Positions 23,684 through 33,773 of a stretch of 64,000 nucleotides of DNA are shown one piece after another. The stretch lies in the NCBI GenBank assembly GCA_050613775.1, contig JBODTK010000016.1, positions 868,001 to 932,000 of the forward strand, in the 5' to 3' direction. A program made the translations under genes and the position numbers. Source of the stretch: Neocallimastix sp. 'constans'. Taxonomy: Eukaryota. Numbering within the stretch: position 1 is the first letter of the stretch; each line of letters opens with the position of its first letter. The notes beneath the pieces are model-generated. The model worked only from the letters and a program-made list of their open reading frames with translations. It was not told the DNA's origin and searched no databases.

Positions 23684-24987
23684 TGTTTATTGAGCAATCC
23701 TTTTTCTTCCAATTCAGCCAATTGCTTAAATGTATAAGGACATTCTGAAGCTCTATGTCCATTCATTGTGCAACGGTAACAATTTACATGGTTGTTATTA
23801 TTGTTGTTAATTGAGTTTTTATTAGTTACTAATGTATTACTGACATTATTATTTTCTATCCCATTGTTGTGATTATTTCCATTTTGATAATTAAAGGATT
23901 GAATCATATTATTTGTATTAAATTTATTATTGTTAAACATTTGGTTGTCATGTTCTTTATCATTATTTGTTATATTAATATTGTTGTTCAAATTGTTTAA
24001 ATAATGATTCATCTTATTGTCTCTTATTTCATTGGATGGCTGATTATTATTCATATTGTTCATATTATATTTGTTATTATTATTCATATATTGATTAATA
24101 TTATTACTGTGCCAAAATTTATTATAATTAAATCTACTATTATAACGATTTGTAAAATTTCCATTGTTCATTTTATTAATATCATTTTTATTATTCAAGT
24201 AATAATTTAGATTATTATATGGATTACTCATGTGATATACATAATTTGAATTTCTGAAATTATTATTATTGTTCCATAATCTAGATTTAGAATTCCAATT
24301 ATTTCTTTCCTGGAATATATTATTATTATGGTTCATAGGTAATTGATTTAACTGTAAGTTTTCGTAGAATGGATGTCGCATTAGTAAGCTATTATCCGGC
24401 TGATTCTGAGTAAACATAATATGATTCCTCATATTATTAATTTCATTTCTTTGATTTATATTTGCTATTTCTTTTTCAGTCTCCTCAGCTACTTCTGCAA
24501 TTTTACACGCCTCATTTATTGTATCACATTCTGCAACCATAACTCTTGAGCATGGAAATACACGGGAGCTAATAGCATTCGTGTAGTCCTTTACAGATAT
24601 AAGTCTTCTATATTCTAAACTGAGTTTATTATATAATTTTTTATATCTGTAATTAAACTTTTTAATTGATTCTTCTTGATTTATTTGTATTGTTTTGAGA
24701 ACTGCACATTTATCATTTTCTGTAATGTGCAAATGTTCTTCAATTGTATTTTGAATTTCTTTAAATGTGGGATATCTCATTTCATCCCCGTGTCTGACTA
24801 CCAATGATTGTAACGCTCCTTGAATATCTTCTTCCACAGCTTCCTTTACCCAAATAAAAATTCGCCTTGGTTCCATTATATCATAAAGCTCCATTATCTT
24901 AACAAAGTCGGTCATCCAGCTGTCTACATCTTTTCCATAATCAGCCAGATGTGGTAGCTTCCTTTGCAGTTTAGTAGCGTCAAACAT
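23671..24987 (-). CDS. Gag of element B
   Basis: Capsid-like N-terminal half, Asn-rich region, CCHC knuckle CYRCTMNGHRASEC. Confidence 0.95.
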   Translation of the reverse strand: MFDATKLQRKLPHLADYGKDVDSWMTDFVKIMELYDIMEPRRIFIWVKEAVEEDIQGALQSLVVRHGDEMRYPTFKEIQNTIEEHLHITENDKCAVLKTIQINQEESIKKFNYRYKKLYNKLSLEYRRLISVKDYTNAISSRVFPCSRVMVAECDTINEACKIAEVAEETEKEIANINQRNEINNMRNHIMFTQNQPDNSLLMRHPFYENLQLNQLPMNHNNNIFQERNNWNSKSRLWNNNNNFRNSNYVYHMSNPYNNLNYYLNNKNDINKMNNGNFTNRYNSRFNYNKFWHSNNINQYMNNNNKYNMNNMNNNQPSNEIRDNKMNHYLNNLNNNINITNNDKEHDNQMFNNNKFNTNNMIQSFNYQNGNNHNNGIENNNVSNTLVTNKNSINNNNNNHVNCYRCTMNGHRASECPYTFKQLAELEEKGLLNKHLNQ

Positions 24988-25132
24988 TGTAAAAAAAAAA
25001 ATAATTACTTGATAAAAAAAAAAAGAAAAATAAATGAAAGATTATATAAAAAAAAGTATTCTATTATGATAATTATATTGTAATTATAATTTTCTTATTA
25101 TTTTCATATTAATTTATTTGATCTTGCTTTCC

Positions 25133-25149
25133 CCCCACGTTGGGCGCCA
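25133..25149 (-). other. Primer binding site for tRNA-Lys(CUU)
   Basis: TGGCGCCCAACGTGGGG, 5 nt inside the 5' LTR, matches the well-known Lys1,2 PBS. Confidence 0.9.
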
Positions 25150-25154
25150 AATTT

Positions 25155-25707
25155 TGATACGTTATTTCTATAAGTATCAATGTTTTTGTGGTTAGCAAGA
25201 TTGTATTAAATAAAAATATATTCTAATATAAAAATATATAATTACAATACACGTTAATATTAAAACAAAATATAAAAAAATTATAGTTTTGTCGTTTTAT
25301 TTATTTATTTAAATTATTTATGTCGTAATACAAATTTTATAATAAAATGTTATTAAAGATCTTATTAATTATTTATTTCTAACTAACTTATTACTATTAA
25401 AATTTTTGATAAATAAATATATTCCCCAAATATATTTATTTTAACCAATTTTATCTCTATTTTTTTCCAAATAAAAAAACCTCCTTTTTTTTTTTTTTTT
25501 TAAAGAATTATAATAATTTTTCTTTTATATTTCTAATTTCTAATTTACTATAAATTAAATCCTATTGGCTATTAACTAATTAAATAAATTTAATAATTTT
25601 TATATTACTATTTATTATTATAATATACATATATAATTTAACTAATTATTTATTATATTTAATTTTATTTCTTGATAATATTCTCTTTTTATTTAAATAC
25701 TGCATCA
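25155..25707 (-). repeat. Element B 5' LTR
   Basis: Direct repeat of 17253-17805. Confidence 0.95.
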
Positions 25708-25711
25708 CATT

Positions 25712-26198
25712 TGATAAGAATGTACTAAATAATGCATTCTTAATTAAATCTACGATTTATTTCTAATACATTATGTGTACATTATTATTTTTGTACTTTA
25801 ATAAATTTTTAAATTCAAAGATTAAAAATTAGATCAAAAATTATATTAAACTTTATAATTTTTATATTAAATCTTATATTAATAGTAATATTTTTATATA
25901 TTTAAAACTTATATTAACAATATTAATAATAAATCTTATTTTTTTATTTTTATATTAATAATGAAAATTTGTATTAATAATATTTTTATATATTGATAAT
26001 TAAAAATTTATATATTATATTTTAACTTTTATTATAAAATTTTATATCGAAATGTTTTATTTTATATTGAAAAATATTTTATTTTATTAAAAACCTTTAT
26101 ATTAGAATAGTATTTTTATTTTTATTTGAATATTTTAACAGATTGTAATAAAAATTTTAGCCAATTAAATAAATTCTTATTAGTAATATTTTAGATAG

Positions 26199-26264
<66 letters not shown>

Positions 26265-26573
26265 TATTAATATTATAAATGTATTTTATTTATATTGTTA
26301 TAATTAAATTTTATATAATTGATTATAAAAATCAATTTAAATTTAATAGTTTTTATATATAAAAAGAAAAATAATAATAAAATGTAATTTAGTGGCAAGA
26401 ACAACTTTTATGCCTTGAAAAAAAAGTATAAATAGTTGTAAATTTTGCTACTAATTTTTAAATATCATCAAATAAAATAAAATAAAATAAAATAAAATAA
26501 AATAAATTAATAAATAAAAAATAAAATTTGTGTTTCTTACTTTATTTTTATTTAATTCTCTAAAACCTTAACA
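25712..26573 (+). repeat. Element C 5' LTR
   Basis: Direct repeat of 32895-33758. Confidence 0.95.
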
Positions 26574-26579
26574 TTTATA

Positions 26580-26596
26580 TGGTGGAGATATCGGGG
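26580..26596 (+). other. Primer binding site, probably tRNA-Ala
   Basis: TGGTGGAGATATCGGGG follows the LTR; TGGTGGAG is complementary to the typical tRNA-Ala 3' end (CUCCACCA). Confidence 0.75.
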
Positions 26597-26691
26597 AATT
26601 AAATAGAAATAATAGTAAATAACATAGATTTTTTTTTTTAATTTTTTTTTATTTTATATTGATAAACAAGTAAGTCGTTAATCCTTTGATT

Positions 26692-27117
26692 AACCTATGG
26701 CGCTTGTTTGATATATATATAAAAAAAAATTTTTTTTAAATAAGTAAAATTAAGATTCAAAAAAAAAAACAAATTTTGTAAAATTATAACAAGGAGCGGA
26801 TAGAGCTCATACACAGTGTATTCTCAGATAGCAACAAATTAACTCTATTCATAGTAGGTTATTGAATAGTAGTTAATTTGGAGATTAATTGGAAAGTAGA
26901 CGAAGGTATTTGGTTACCGACCCGGTAATAATAGTTCAGCCTTCAACGTTTCAACACACGAAGGTGCGGGTACTTTCCAAGCACTGGCGAATAAGGAGCT
27001 TACGTCACCGAAGGCGTAAGATTGTTTTTTTTTATATATATTTTTTTTTACTTTTCTTTGTGCTAGTTATAAGGCACTTTATTATATAAAGTATCAGACT
27101 TTGGCTAACTTCGCCAT
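26692..27117 (+). ncRNA. Candidate large structured RNA in the element C 5' leader (compact form, about 425 nt)
   Basis: Same motif order and covarying helices as 834-2182. Confidence 0.75.
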
Positions 27118-27600
27118 TTAAATTTTTTTTATTTTTTTTTATTACTGATACTTTATTTGTTTAATAATTCCTGTAAAAGAATCTTAATTTACTTGAAAAT
27201 ATTGTGTTTTTAGTTAATTTTTATTAGTTAATAAAAATATTATTGAATACTTTTAAAATTTTTTTTTTATTCCGTACATAGATTATCGGATTAAGTTTAT
27301 CCTACATAGTAATTGGGCTAGTAGGCTCTGAACTGCTATATTTTATATTGAATATAGTAATCGTGGCACACGCGTGGCATGACACCATTAGGTAAGCTGC
27401 ACGTCAGACAGTGTGTACTATCAGATTGTACGACAATAAAGATTATTTTTTTGTATTTAATAATTATAATTAATTAATAATTTTATTAGCTATAACAATA
27501 CAATATTTATCGTTTAAAAAGAAAAATTTTTGAAAGGTGAAAATAATAAATAAAACTTTGCTTCTAAATTTATTACTACAAATATACTAAATTACAAAAT

Positions 27601-27792
27601 TCAAGTGGTCGATAAAGGTTTCGAGCTTGAAAAATATTCTATTGAGTTGTCGATAAAGATTTCGAACTTAAAATTATTCTATTGAGTTGTCGATAAAGAT
27701 TTCGAACTTAAAAATTATTCTTAATAAAGTAGTCGAAAAGAACCTCGTGCTTTATAATTTCTACTAAGTTGTCGATAAGGATTTCGAGCTTA
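27601..27792 (+). repeat. Five tandem hairpin-forming repeats of about 40 bp upstream of gag
   Basis: Consensus resembles RAGTtGTCGATAAAGATTTCGARCTT with A/T-rich linkers. Confidence 0.85.
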
Positions 27793-27966
27793 TATCTACT
27801 AAAGAAAGCAAATAAAATTATTATTTTCAAAAGTTACTAAAATATATTGTTTTAAAAATTGATTCGATATTAAATTACCTATTAAATTATATTTTTAAAG
27901 TTGTATTTCCAAATTTATTCTTATTTAATCACCTCATTAATATACAACAAGAAATATTTAAACAAA

Positions 27967-28878
27967 ATGTCCAAGGAAACAACTTTGAGCTTTAAAGAAT
28001 TGAAAAAAGAATTAAGAGATATTGTGAAACTTAGCAAGGACAATTTAGATATTAAGTCCTGGGCTACTGAATTAAAACTTTGGATCAAGATACAAGGTAT
28101 TACAGATCCAGAAACAATATTTAATGCTTGTTTACTTACCAGCTCTGGTGAAGTACAACGCGTTATTGAAGATTTGGGAGAAGATAGTGATGATGAAAGT
28201 GATGATTCATCAGATGAAGAAGAAGATGATGATGAAGAAGAAAATGTTGATGATGATATTAAATTTCCTTCCCTTGAAAAAATTATTTCAAGTCTTGAAA
28301 ATTTTTACGGTATTAAAGAAGACCAAAATTTACTTCTTAAAGAACTTCGTGCAATGCGAATTAAAAGAAACGAAAAGATTAAAGACTTTAATGTAAGATA
28401 TAGAACTTTGTACACTAAACTTGATAAAAAGAGAAGAAAGCGCATTGGTGTACTAGATTATATTGATTCTATTCAAAATAATTATGAAGCCTGGAAGAAA
28501 TTATCCCTTAAAGATGATATAAGTATGGATAAAGCTTTCAAAATTGCCGAGAAAGTAGATAGACTTTCTGTAAGGAACAATAATATTAATACCTATAATG
28601 TTAATAATTCCCAACATAATCAAAATAATCAAAACAGTACTACTTCAAGACTTTATCCTAAAAGAAGAAACGAAACTTTCCAAACAAATCAAACAAATAA
28701 TAAACCGAAACCTCAAGATATTATAGAAGAATCAACCCAGAAAATGAGAAATTTATCCGTTAAAACTTGCTTCTTCTGTAAGGAAGAAGGTCATTACTCA
28801 TACTATTGCCCTCAATTAAATAAGATTATGGAAAAAAATAAAAAAGAAATATATTCCAAAAAGTCTTTAAACTTCTAA
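27967..28878 (+). CDS. Gag of element C (ORF track starts at TTG 27901; first ATG is 27967)
   Basis: Capsid-like region with an acidic insert; CCHC knuckle CFFCKEEGHYSYYC. Confidence 0.93.
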   Translation: MSKETTLSFKELKKELRDIVKLSKDNLDIKSWATELKLWIKIQGITDPETIFNACLLTSSGEVQRVIEDLGEDSDDESDDSSDEEEDDDEEENVDDDIKFPSLEKIISSLENFYGIKEDQNLLLKELRAMRIKRNEKIKDFNVRYRTLYTKLDKKRRKRIGVLDYIDSIQNNYEAWKKLSLKDDISMDKAFKIAEKVDRLSVRNNNINTYNVNNSQHNQNNQNSTTSRLYPKRRNETFQTNQTNNKPKPQDIIEESTQKMRNLSVKTCFFCKEEGHYSYYCPQLNKIMEKNKKEIYSKKSLNF

Positions 28879-28918
28879 ATGGGAGCAGAAGCACTCCCAA
28901 TGACAAAACAATAGCTTC
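28866..28918 (+). promoter_or_regulatory. -1 frameshift signal (U UUA AAC plus stem-loop or pseudoknot)
   Basis: Heptamer 28866-28872; UGGGAG/CUCCCA stem 28880-28899; loop GAAGC can pair with GCUUC at 28914-28918; -1 frame open to the pol ATG. Confidence 0.85.
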
Positions 28919-29060
28919 ATTAAATAATTTACAAAATAATACTTTTACTAAGAATACTCCAATTGATAATAATTCCTTTAACGAAGAATCTGAAGAATCT
29001 GATTTTAGTGACACAACTGAAAGTGAGGATGATATCATTATAAATGCTGTAAAAAGAAAA

Positions 29061-32000
29061 ATGAATGATAATAACAGCGAAAAAGAAGAAAATAATTCCA
29101 AGAAAGTACATAAAAGTTTAAAAGATAATCCACGTCCTTTTGCAACTCCTGCTTTAAGAAAGAAGAAAGAAAATGAGCTGCATAATAAACCAAATAAAGT
29201 TTATAAAAATCAAATACTTCCTTCAATTTTAACTCAACCAAATATTAACAAAGAAAAACAAAAAGAAAAGGAATTAAGAAATATGACAAGAGTAAGAGAA
29301 AGTAAAGAAGAAAACAACAATTATTCATCAAAAGGAAAGGAAAAAGTTGAATCTGAAGATATACTTGTAATCGATAATGAAATAGAAGATCTAGAAATGA
29401 ATAAAGATAATCAACAAAATAAAACTAATACTTTGGAAAAATTAATTTCAACAAAAACTAAGGAAACTAATAATGGAAATACTCAATTAGTAAAAAGGAA
29501 TATCAAAATGATGAATAATAAAGAACCTTACAATATTATGGATGATTTAAATAATCTTAAATCCAGTATTACGATAGGTCAACTCTTGAATGCATGTCCT
29601 AAAATTCGTTCACAATTAACTCAAGGTTTAAAGTTAGAAAAGTCTAAAATAATTGGAACTGTAGACAATGTAATAGCACGAACTTTATTAGTAAATAACT
29701 ATGACCATAGCTACATAAGTAAAAGTAATGAAGTAGCCGAAGAAGACTTAGCAATGGTTGATGCAAGTGTTGACGGAGTACTAGGAAAACTTTTAATTGA
29801 TTCTTGTAGTAACCTAAGCATCGTTACTAAGCAGTATTTTGATAAATTACCTGGTGAATATGAAACAGTTGGAAAAAGTCGTGGAAGAATCCAACTAGCA
29901 ACACAAGATGAAGAATACTCGGAAGGAATTATTGTTCGATTACCAGTAAAAATTAATAATTATGAATTTAATGCGGACTTTAGAATTATTGAGAAAGAAG
30001 ACTCATTTTATGATATGTTAATAAACTTTAAAACTCAAATCGATCATTGTTTATTTATTCATCCAACCTTAAACAGTCTATGTAAACTTTTGTCAGAAAG
30101 TGAATACGAAGAAATAGCTAAAATAAATAATCAATATTATGATGAAGAAAGTATAATCTGCACTATTAGAAAAGTTGAAGAAACGAATAATGAAAAGGAA
30201 ATTATAAAGGAATTAACTCCAATGGAATTTATTGAGAGTGATGAATTTTTAAGTACCTTAAATAAAGATTATAAAGAACAAATTATTAAAATTCTCAAAG
30301 AAATGATTGACATAGTTGCCACTTCAACAGAAGAACTAACTCCTTCTAAACTTTCACCACATAAGATCCGTTTGAAAGCAAATGCAAAGCCAGTAAAATT
30401 AAGAAGTTATAGGTTAACTAAATTAAAATCAGATATCTTAAAAGAAGAACTTACAAAGCTTATTAAGAAAGGATTGATAGAACCATCCTGTTCAGAATGG
30501 TCATCTCCAGTAGTACTCATTCTAAAACACAATGGAAAGTGGCGCTTGTGCATTGACTACCGAAAAGTCAATGATATGACAGAAAAAGATTCTTATTCAG
30601 TTCCATATATAGATGAAATTTTTGATAGTCTCGGAGGAGCTAAAATATTTACAACTCTTGATTTATTTTCTGGTTTTCACCAAATCTTAATGGATGAAGA
30701 AAGCGTTGAAGTAACCACTTTCACTACTAAGTTTGGAAATTATCAATTTAAGGTTATGCCTTTTGGACTTACTGGAGCTCCCTCAACCTTCCAAAGAGAA
30801 ATGAATAAAATTTTATTCCCTTTTATTGGTGAATTTGTTTATGTATTTATTGATGATGTTTTGATCTATTCAAAAAGTATCGAAGAACATTTAATTCATA
30901 TTAAACAAGTATTAGAAGTATTTAAAGAAAACAAGTTAAAAATTAATATTGAAAAGTGCCATTTTCTTCAAACTGAAGTTGATGTATTAGGTCACAAACT
31001 TACTACTAAAGGATTAAGTCCCATGGAAAGTAAGATAACAGCTATTAAGAAGTGGGAAGCCCCTTCATCACTTCATGAATTAAGATCATTTTTAGGAGCA
31101 GTGGGATATTATCGTGATTTTATTCCTAAATATGCTCAAATTACCTCACCTTTATGTAAATTATTGAAAAAGAATACCAAATATGAATGGAATAAAGAAC
31201 AACAAGAAAGCTTTGAACTCCTAAAAGAAAAATTAATCAATGCACCTATTCTAAAATTTCCGTCATTTGACAAACCTTTTATCATTAGAACTGATGCTTC
31301 GTATAATGGAATTGGTGGAGTTCTTTTACAAAAAGAAGAAGAAACCGGTAAGGAGCATCCAATACACTTTATAAGTAGAAGTTTAAAGAAAGCTGAAAAG
31401 AATTATGGTATTACCGATTTAGAAGGAACCGCTTTGTTTTACTGTATGACTAAATTTAAATCTTATATTGAAGGAAATCCATTACCTACAACTATTTACA
31501 CAGATCATAAACCATTAGTTGGTTTATTTAAGAATAAAGAACCTTTGAATGCAAGGCAAACAAGATGGTGTCTAACCGCTAGTATGCTCGGAATTAATAT
31601 AAAATATGAATCAGGCAAAAAGAATGTGTTAGCTGATGCTCTTTCAAGAATGAAAAGTAAGGAAGAGAGAAAGATATTATTAACAAAAATTACTAATGGA
31701 AATAATGAAGAATTATTATCTAAAGTTATAAAGGAATTTATTAATGAAAAGTTTACTGTTATTGATGGTGAAGATTATTTTATCGACAATGGAAATTATA
31801 GAAAATTAATAACGGACGAAAATGAAAGGTTTAAATTAATTTTAGAAGCTCATAATATTGGCCACGAAGGATATTACAAAACATATCAAAGACTTAAGAA
31901 AAACTTTTATTGGAATCATATGATTAAAGATATCAAAAGAATTGTTAGTAATTGTGAAAAATGCCAGTTAAATCGTCCTCAACCATATCCAGAACCAACC

Positions 32001-32876
32001 GAAATCCATCCAACTAAAGTGGAGGGTCCCTTTGTGCATTTAGGATTAGATATTATAGGACCGTTACCAAAAACAAGAAATAATAATCAATATATTATAG
32101 TAACTGTTGATTACTTTACCAAATGGGTTGAAGCCGAACCCACTGAAAACATAACTTCCTCTGATATAATTAAATTTTTAATAAACGTTTTTGCAAGACA
32201 TGGTGTGCCTCAAGTTATTACTACAGATAATGGAGTCCAATTCACTTCTGATATGACTAAAATCTTTCTTGATCTTTATGATGTTTATGTAAAATTCATA
32301 GCTACCTATCACCCTGAATCCAATGGTCTCACTGAAAACCGAAATAAAGAAATTGGAAAATTACTTCGTTTATTAGGAAGGAAAAATCAAGATTGGGATG
32401 AAGTTTTACCTTCTGCTTTATGGGCACTTCGAACTACCAAAAACACAGCTACCGGACATTCTAGTTTTGAATTAGTATATGGAAGAGAAGACCAACAGCC
32501 TTATGATATAGCCATAAGAACAATTGAAAATGCAGGTAAATCGTATGATGAAATTTTAATGGAAAAATTTGTTCGTCATTATCAATGGACTAGAGAAGCA
32601 TGCGAAAATGTGAAGAATGCTAACAAGTATTGGGCAACAAGACGAGAAGAACAAATAAGTATGAAAAAAGGAAAAGAATTAAAAGCTGGTGATCTTGTTC
32701 TTGTTAGAAACTTTAGCCGCACTAAGCTAGAACCATATTACAATGGACCATTTAAAATTTTAAAAATTCAATTCAACACGGCAACCTTAATCGATCAGAA
32801 AACTGGGAAACAACTCGATAGGAATGTTCATTTTAAAAATTTAGTAAAGTTTAACTCCGCTTACAGAGAAGCTTGA
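29061..32876 (+). CDS. Pol of element C (protease, RT, RNase H, integrase); frame open from about 28866
   Basis: LIDSCS; MPFG; FIDD; IRTDAS; HNIGH..CEKC; GLDI, TDNG, GLTE; GPF. Confidence 0.97.
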   Translation: MNDNNSEKEENNSKKVHKSLKDNPRPFATPALRKKKENELHNKPNKVYKNQILPSILTQPNINKEKQKEKELRNMTRVRESKEENNNYSSKGKEKVESEDILVIDNEIEDLEMNKDNQQNKTNTLEKLISTKTKETNNGNTQLVKRNIKMMNNKEPYNIMDDLNNLKSSITIGQLLNACPKIRSQLTQGLKLEKSKIIGTVDNVIARTLLVNNYDHSYISKSNEVAEEDLAMVDASVDGVLGKLLIDSCSNLSIVTKQYFDKLPGEYETVGKSRGRIQLATQDEEYSEGIIVRLPVKINNYEFNADFRIIEKEDSFYDMLINFKTQIDHCLFIHPTLNSLCKLLSESEYEEIAKINNQYYDEESIICTIRKVEETNNEKEIIKELTPMEFIESDEFLSTLNKDYKEQIIKILKEMIDIVATSTEELTPSKLSPHKIRLKANAKPVKLRSYRLTKLKSDILKEELTKLIKKGLIEPSCSEWSSPVVLILKHNGKWRLCIDYRKVNDMTEKDSYSVPYIDEIFDSLGGAKIFTTLDLFSGFHQILMDEESVEVTTFTTKFGNYQFKVMPFGLTGAPSTFQREMNKILFPFIGEFVYVFIDDVLIYSKSIEEHLIHIKQVLEVFKENKLKINIEKCHFLQTEVDVLGHKLTTKGLSPMESKITAIKKWEAPSSLHELRSFLGAVGYYRDFIPKYAQITSPLCKLLKKNTKYEWNKEQQESFELLKEKLINAPILKFPSFDKPFIIRTDASYNGIGGVLLQKEEETGKEHPIHFISRSLKKAEKNYGITDLEGTALFYCMTKFKSYIEGNPLPTTIYTDHKPLVGLFKNKEPLNARQTRWCLTASMLGINIKYESGKKNVLADALSRMKSKEERKILLTKITNGNNEELLSKVIKEFINEKFTVIDGEDYFIDNGNYRKLITDENERFKLILEAHNIGHEGYYKTYQRLKKNFYWNHMIKDIKRIVSNCEKCQLNRPQPYPEPTEIHPTKVEGPFVHLGLDIIGPLPKTRNNNQYIIVTVDYFTKWVEAEPTENITSSDIIKFLINVFARHGVPQVITTDNGVQFTSDMTKIFLDLYDVYVKFIATYHPESNGLTENRNKEIGKLLRLLGRKNQDWDEVLPSALWALRTTKNTATGHSSFELVYGREDQQPYDIAIRTIENAGKSYDEILMEKFVRHYQWTREACENVKNANKYWATRREEQISMKKGKELKAGDLVLVRNFSRTKLEPYYNGPFKILKIQFNTATLIDQKTGKQLDRNVHFKNLVKFNSAYREA

Positions 32877-32894
32877 GTCTTCGTCGGGGCATCT

Positions 32895-33381
32895 TGATAA
32901 GAATGTACTAAATAATGCATTCTTAATTAAATCTACGATTTATTTCTAATACATTATGTGTACATTATTATTTTTGTACTTTAATAAATTTTTAAATTCA
33001 AAGATTAAAAATTAGATCAAAAATTATATTAAACTTTATAATTTTTATATTAAATCTTATATTAATAGTAATATTTTTATATATTTAAAACTTATATTAA
33101 CAATATTAATAATAAATCTTATTTTTTTATTTTTATATTAATAATGAAAATTTGTATTAATAATATTTTTATATATTGATAATTAAAAATTTATATATTA
33201 TATTTTAACTTTTATTATAAAATTTTATATCGAAATGTTTTATTTTATATTGAAAAATATTTTATTTTATTAAAAACCTTTATATTAGAATAGTATTTTT
33301 ATTTTTATTTGAATATTTTAACAGATTGTAATAAAAATTTTAGCCAATTAAATAAATTCTTATTAGTAATATTTTAGATAG

Positions 33382-33449
<68 letters not shown>

Positions 33450-33758
33450 TATTAATATTATAAATGTATTTTATTTATATTGTTATAATTAAATTTTATA
33501 TAATTGATTATAAAAATCAATTTAAATTTAATAGTTTTTATATATAAAAAGAAAAATAATAATAAAATGTAATTTAGTGGCAAGAACAACTTTTATGCCT
33601 TGAAAAAAAAGTATAAATAGTTGTAAATTTTGCTACTAATTTTTAAATATCATCAAATAAAATAAAATAAAATAAAATAAAATAAAATAAATTAATAAAT
33701 AAAAAATAAAATTTGTGTTTCTTACTTTATTTTTATTTAATTCTCTAAAACCTTAACA
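32895..33758 (+). repeat. Element C 3' LTR
   Basis: Preceded by CGGGGCATCT; repeat of the 5' LTR. Confidence 0.95.
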
Positions 33759-33773
33759 CATTCTTTACCAGTT

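Larger units (their letters stand above)
17253..25707 (-). mobile_element. Intact Ty3/Gypsy LTR retrotransposon (element B)
   Basis: Two 553-bp LTRs that look identical; TG..CA ends; CATT TSD (17249-17252 and 25708-25711); PBS; gag; -1 pol. Confidence 0.97.
25712..33758 (+). mobile_element. Intact Ty3/Gypsy LTR retrotransposon (element C)
   Basis: LTRs of 862 and 864 bp (TGATAAG...CTTAACA) differing in poly-A length; CATT TSD (25708-25711 and 33759-33762); PBS; gag; -1 pol. Confidence 0.97.

Noticed and set aside
26889..27089. 66-aa ORF in the element C leader
   Set aside because: TTG start, overlaps the structured RNA, and the conservation with element A follows base pairing rather than codons.
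27601..27792. CRISPR-like array
   Set aside because: The linkers are short and similar rather than unique spacers; eukaryotic retrotransposon context; no cas genes.
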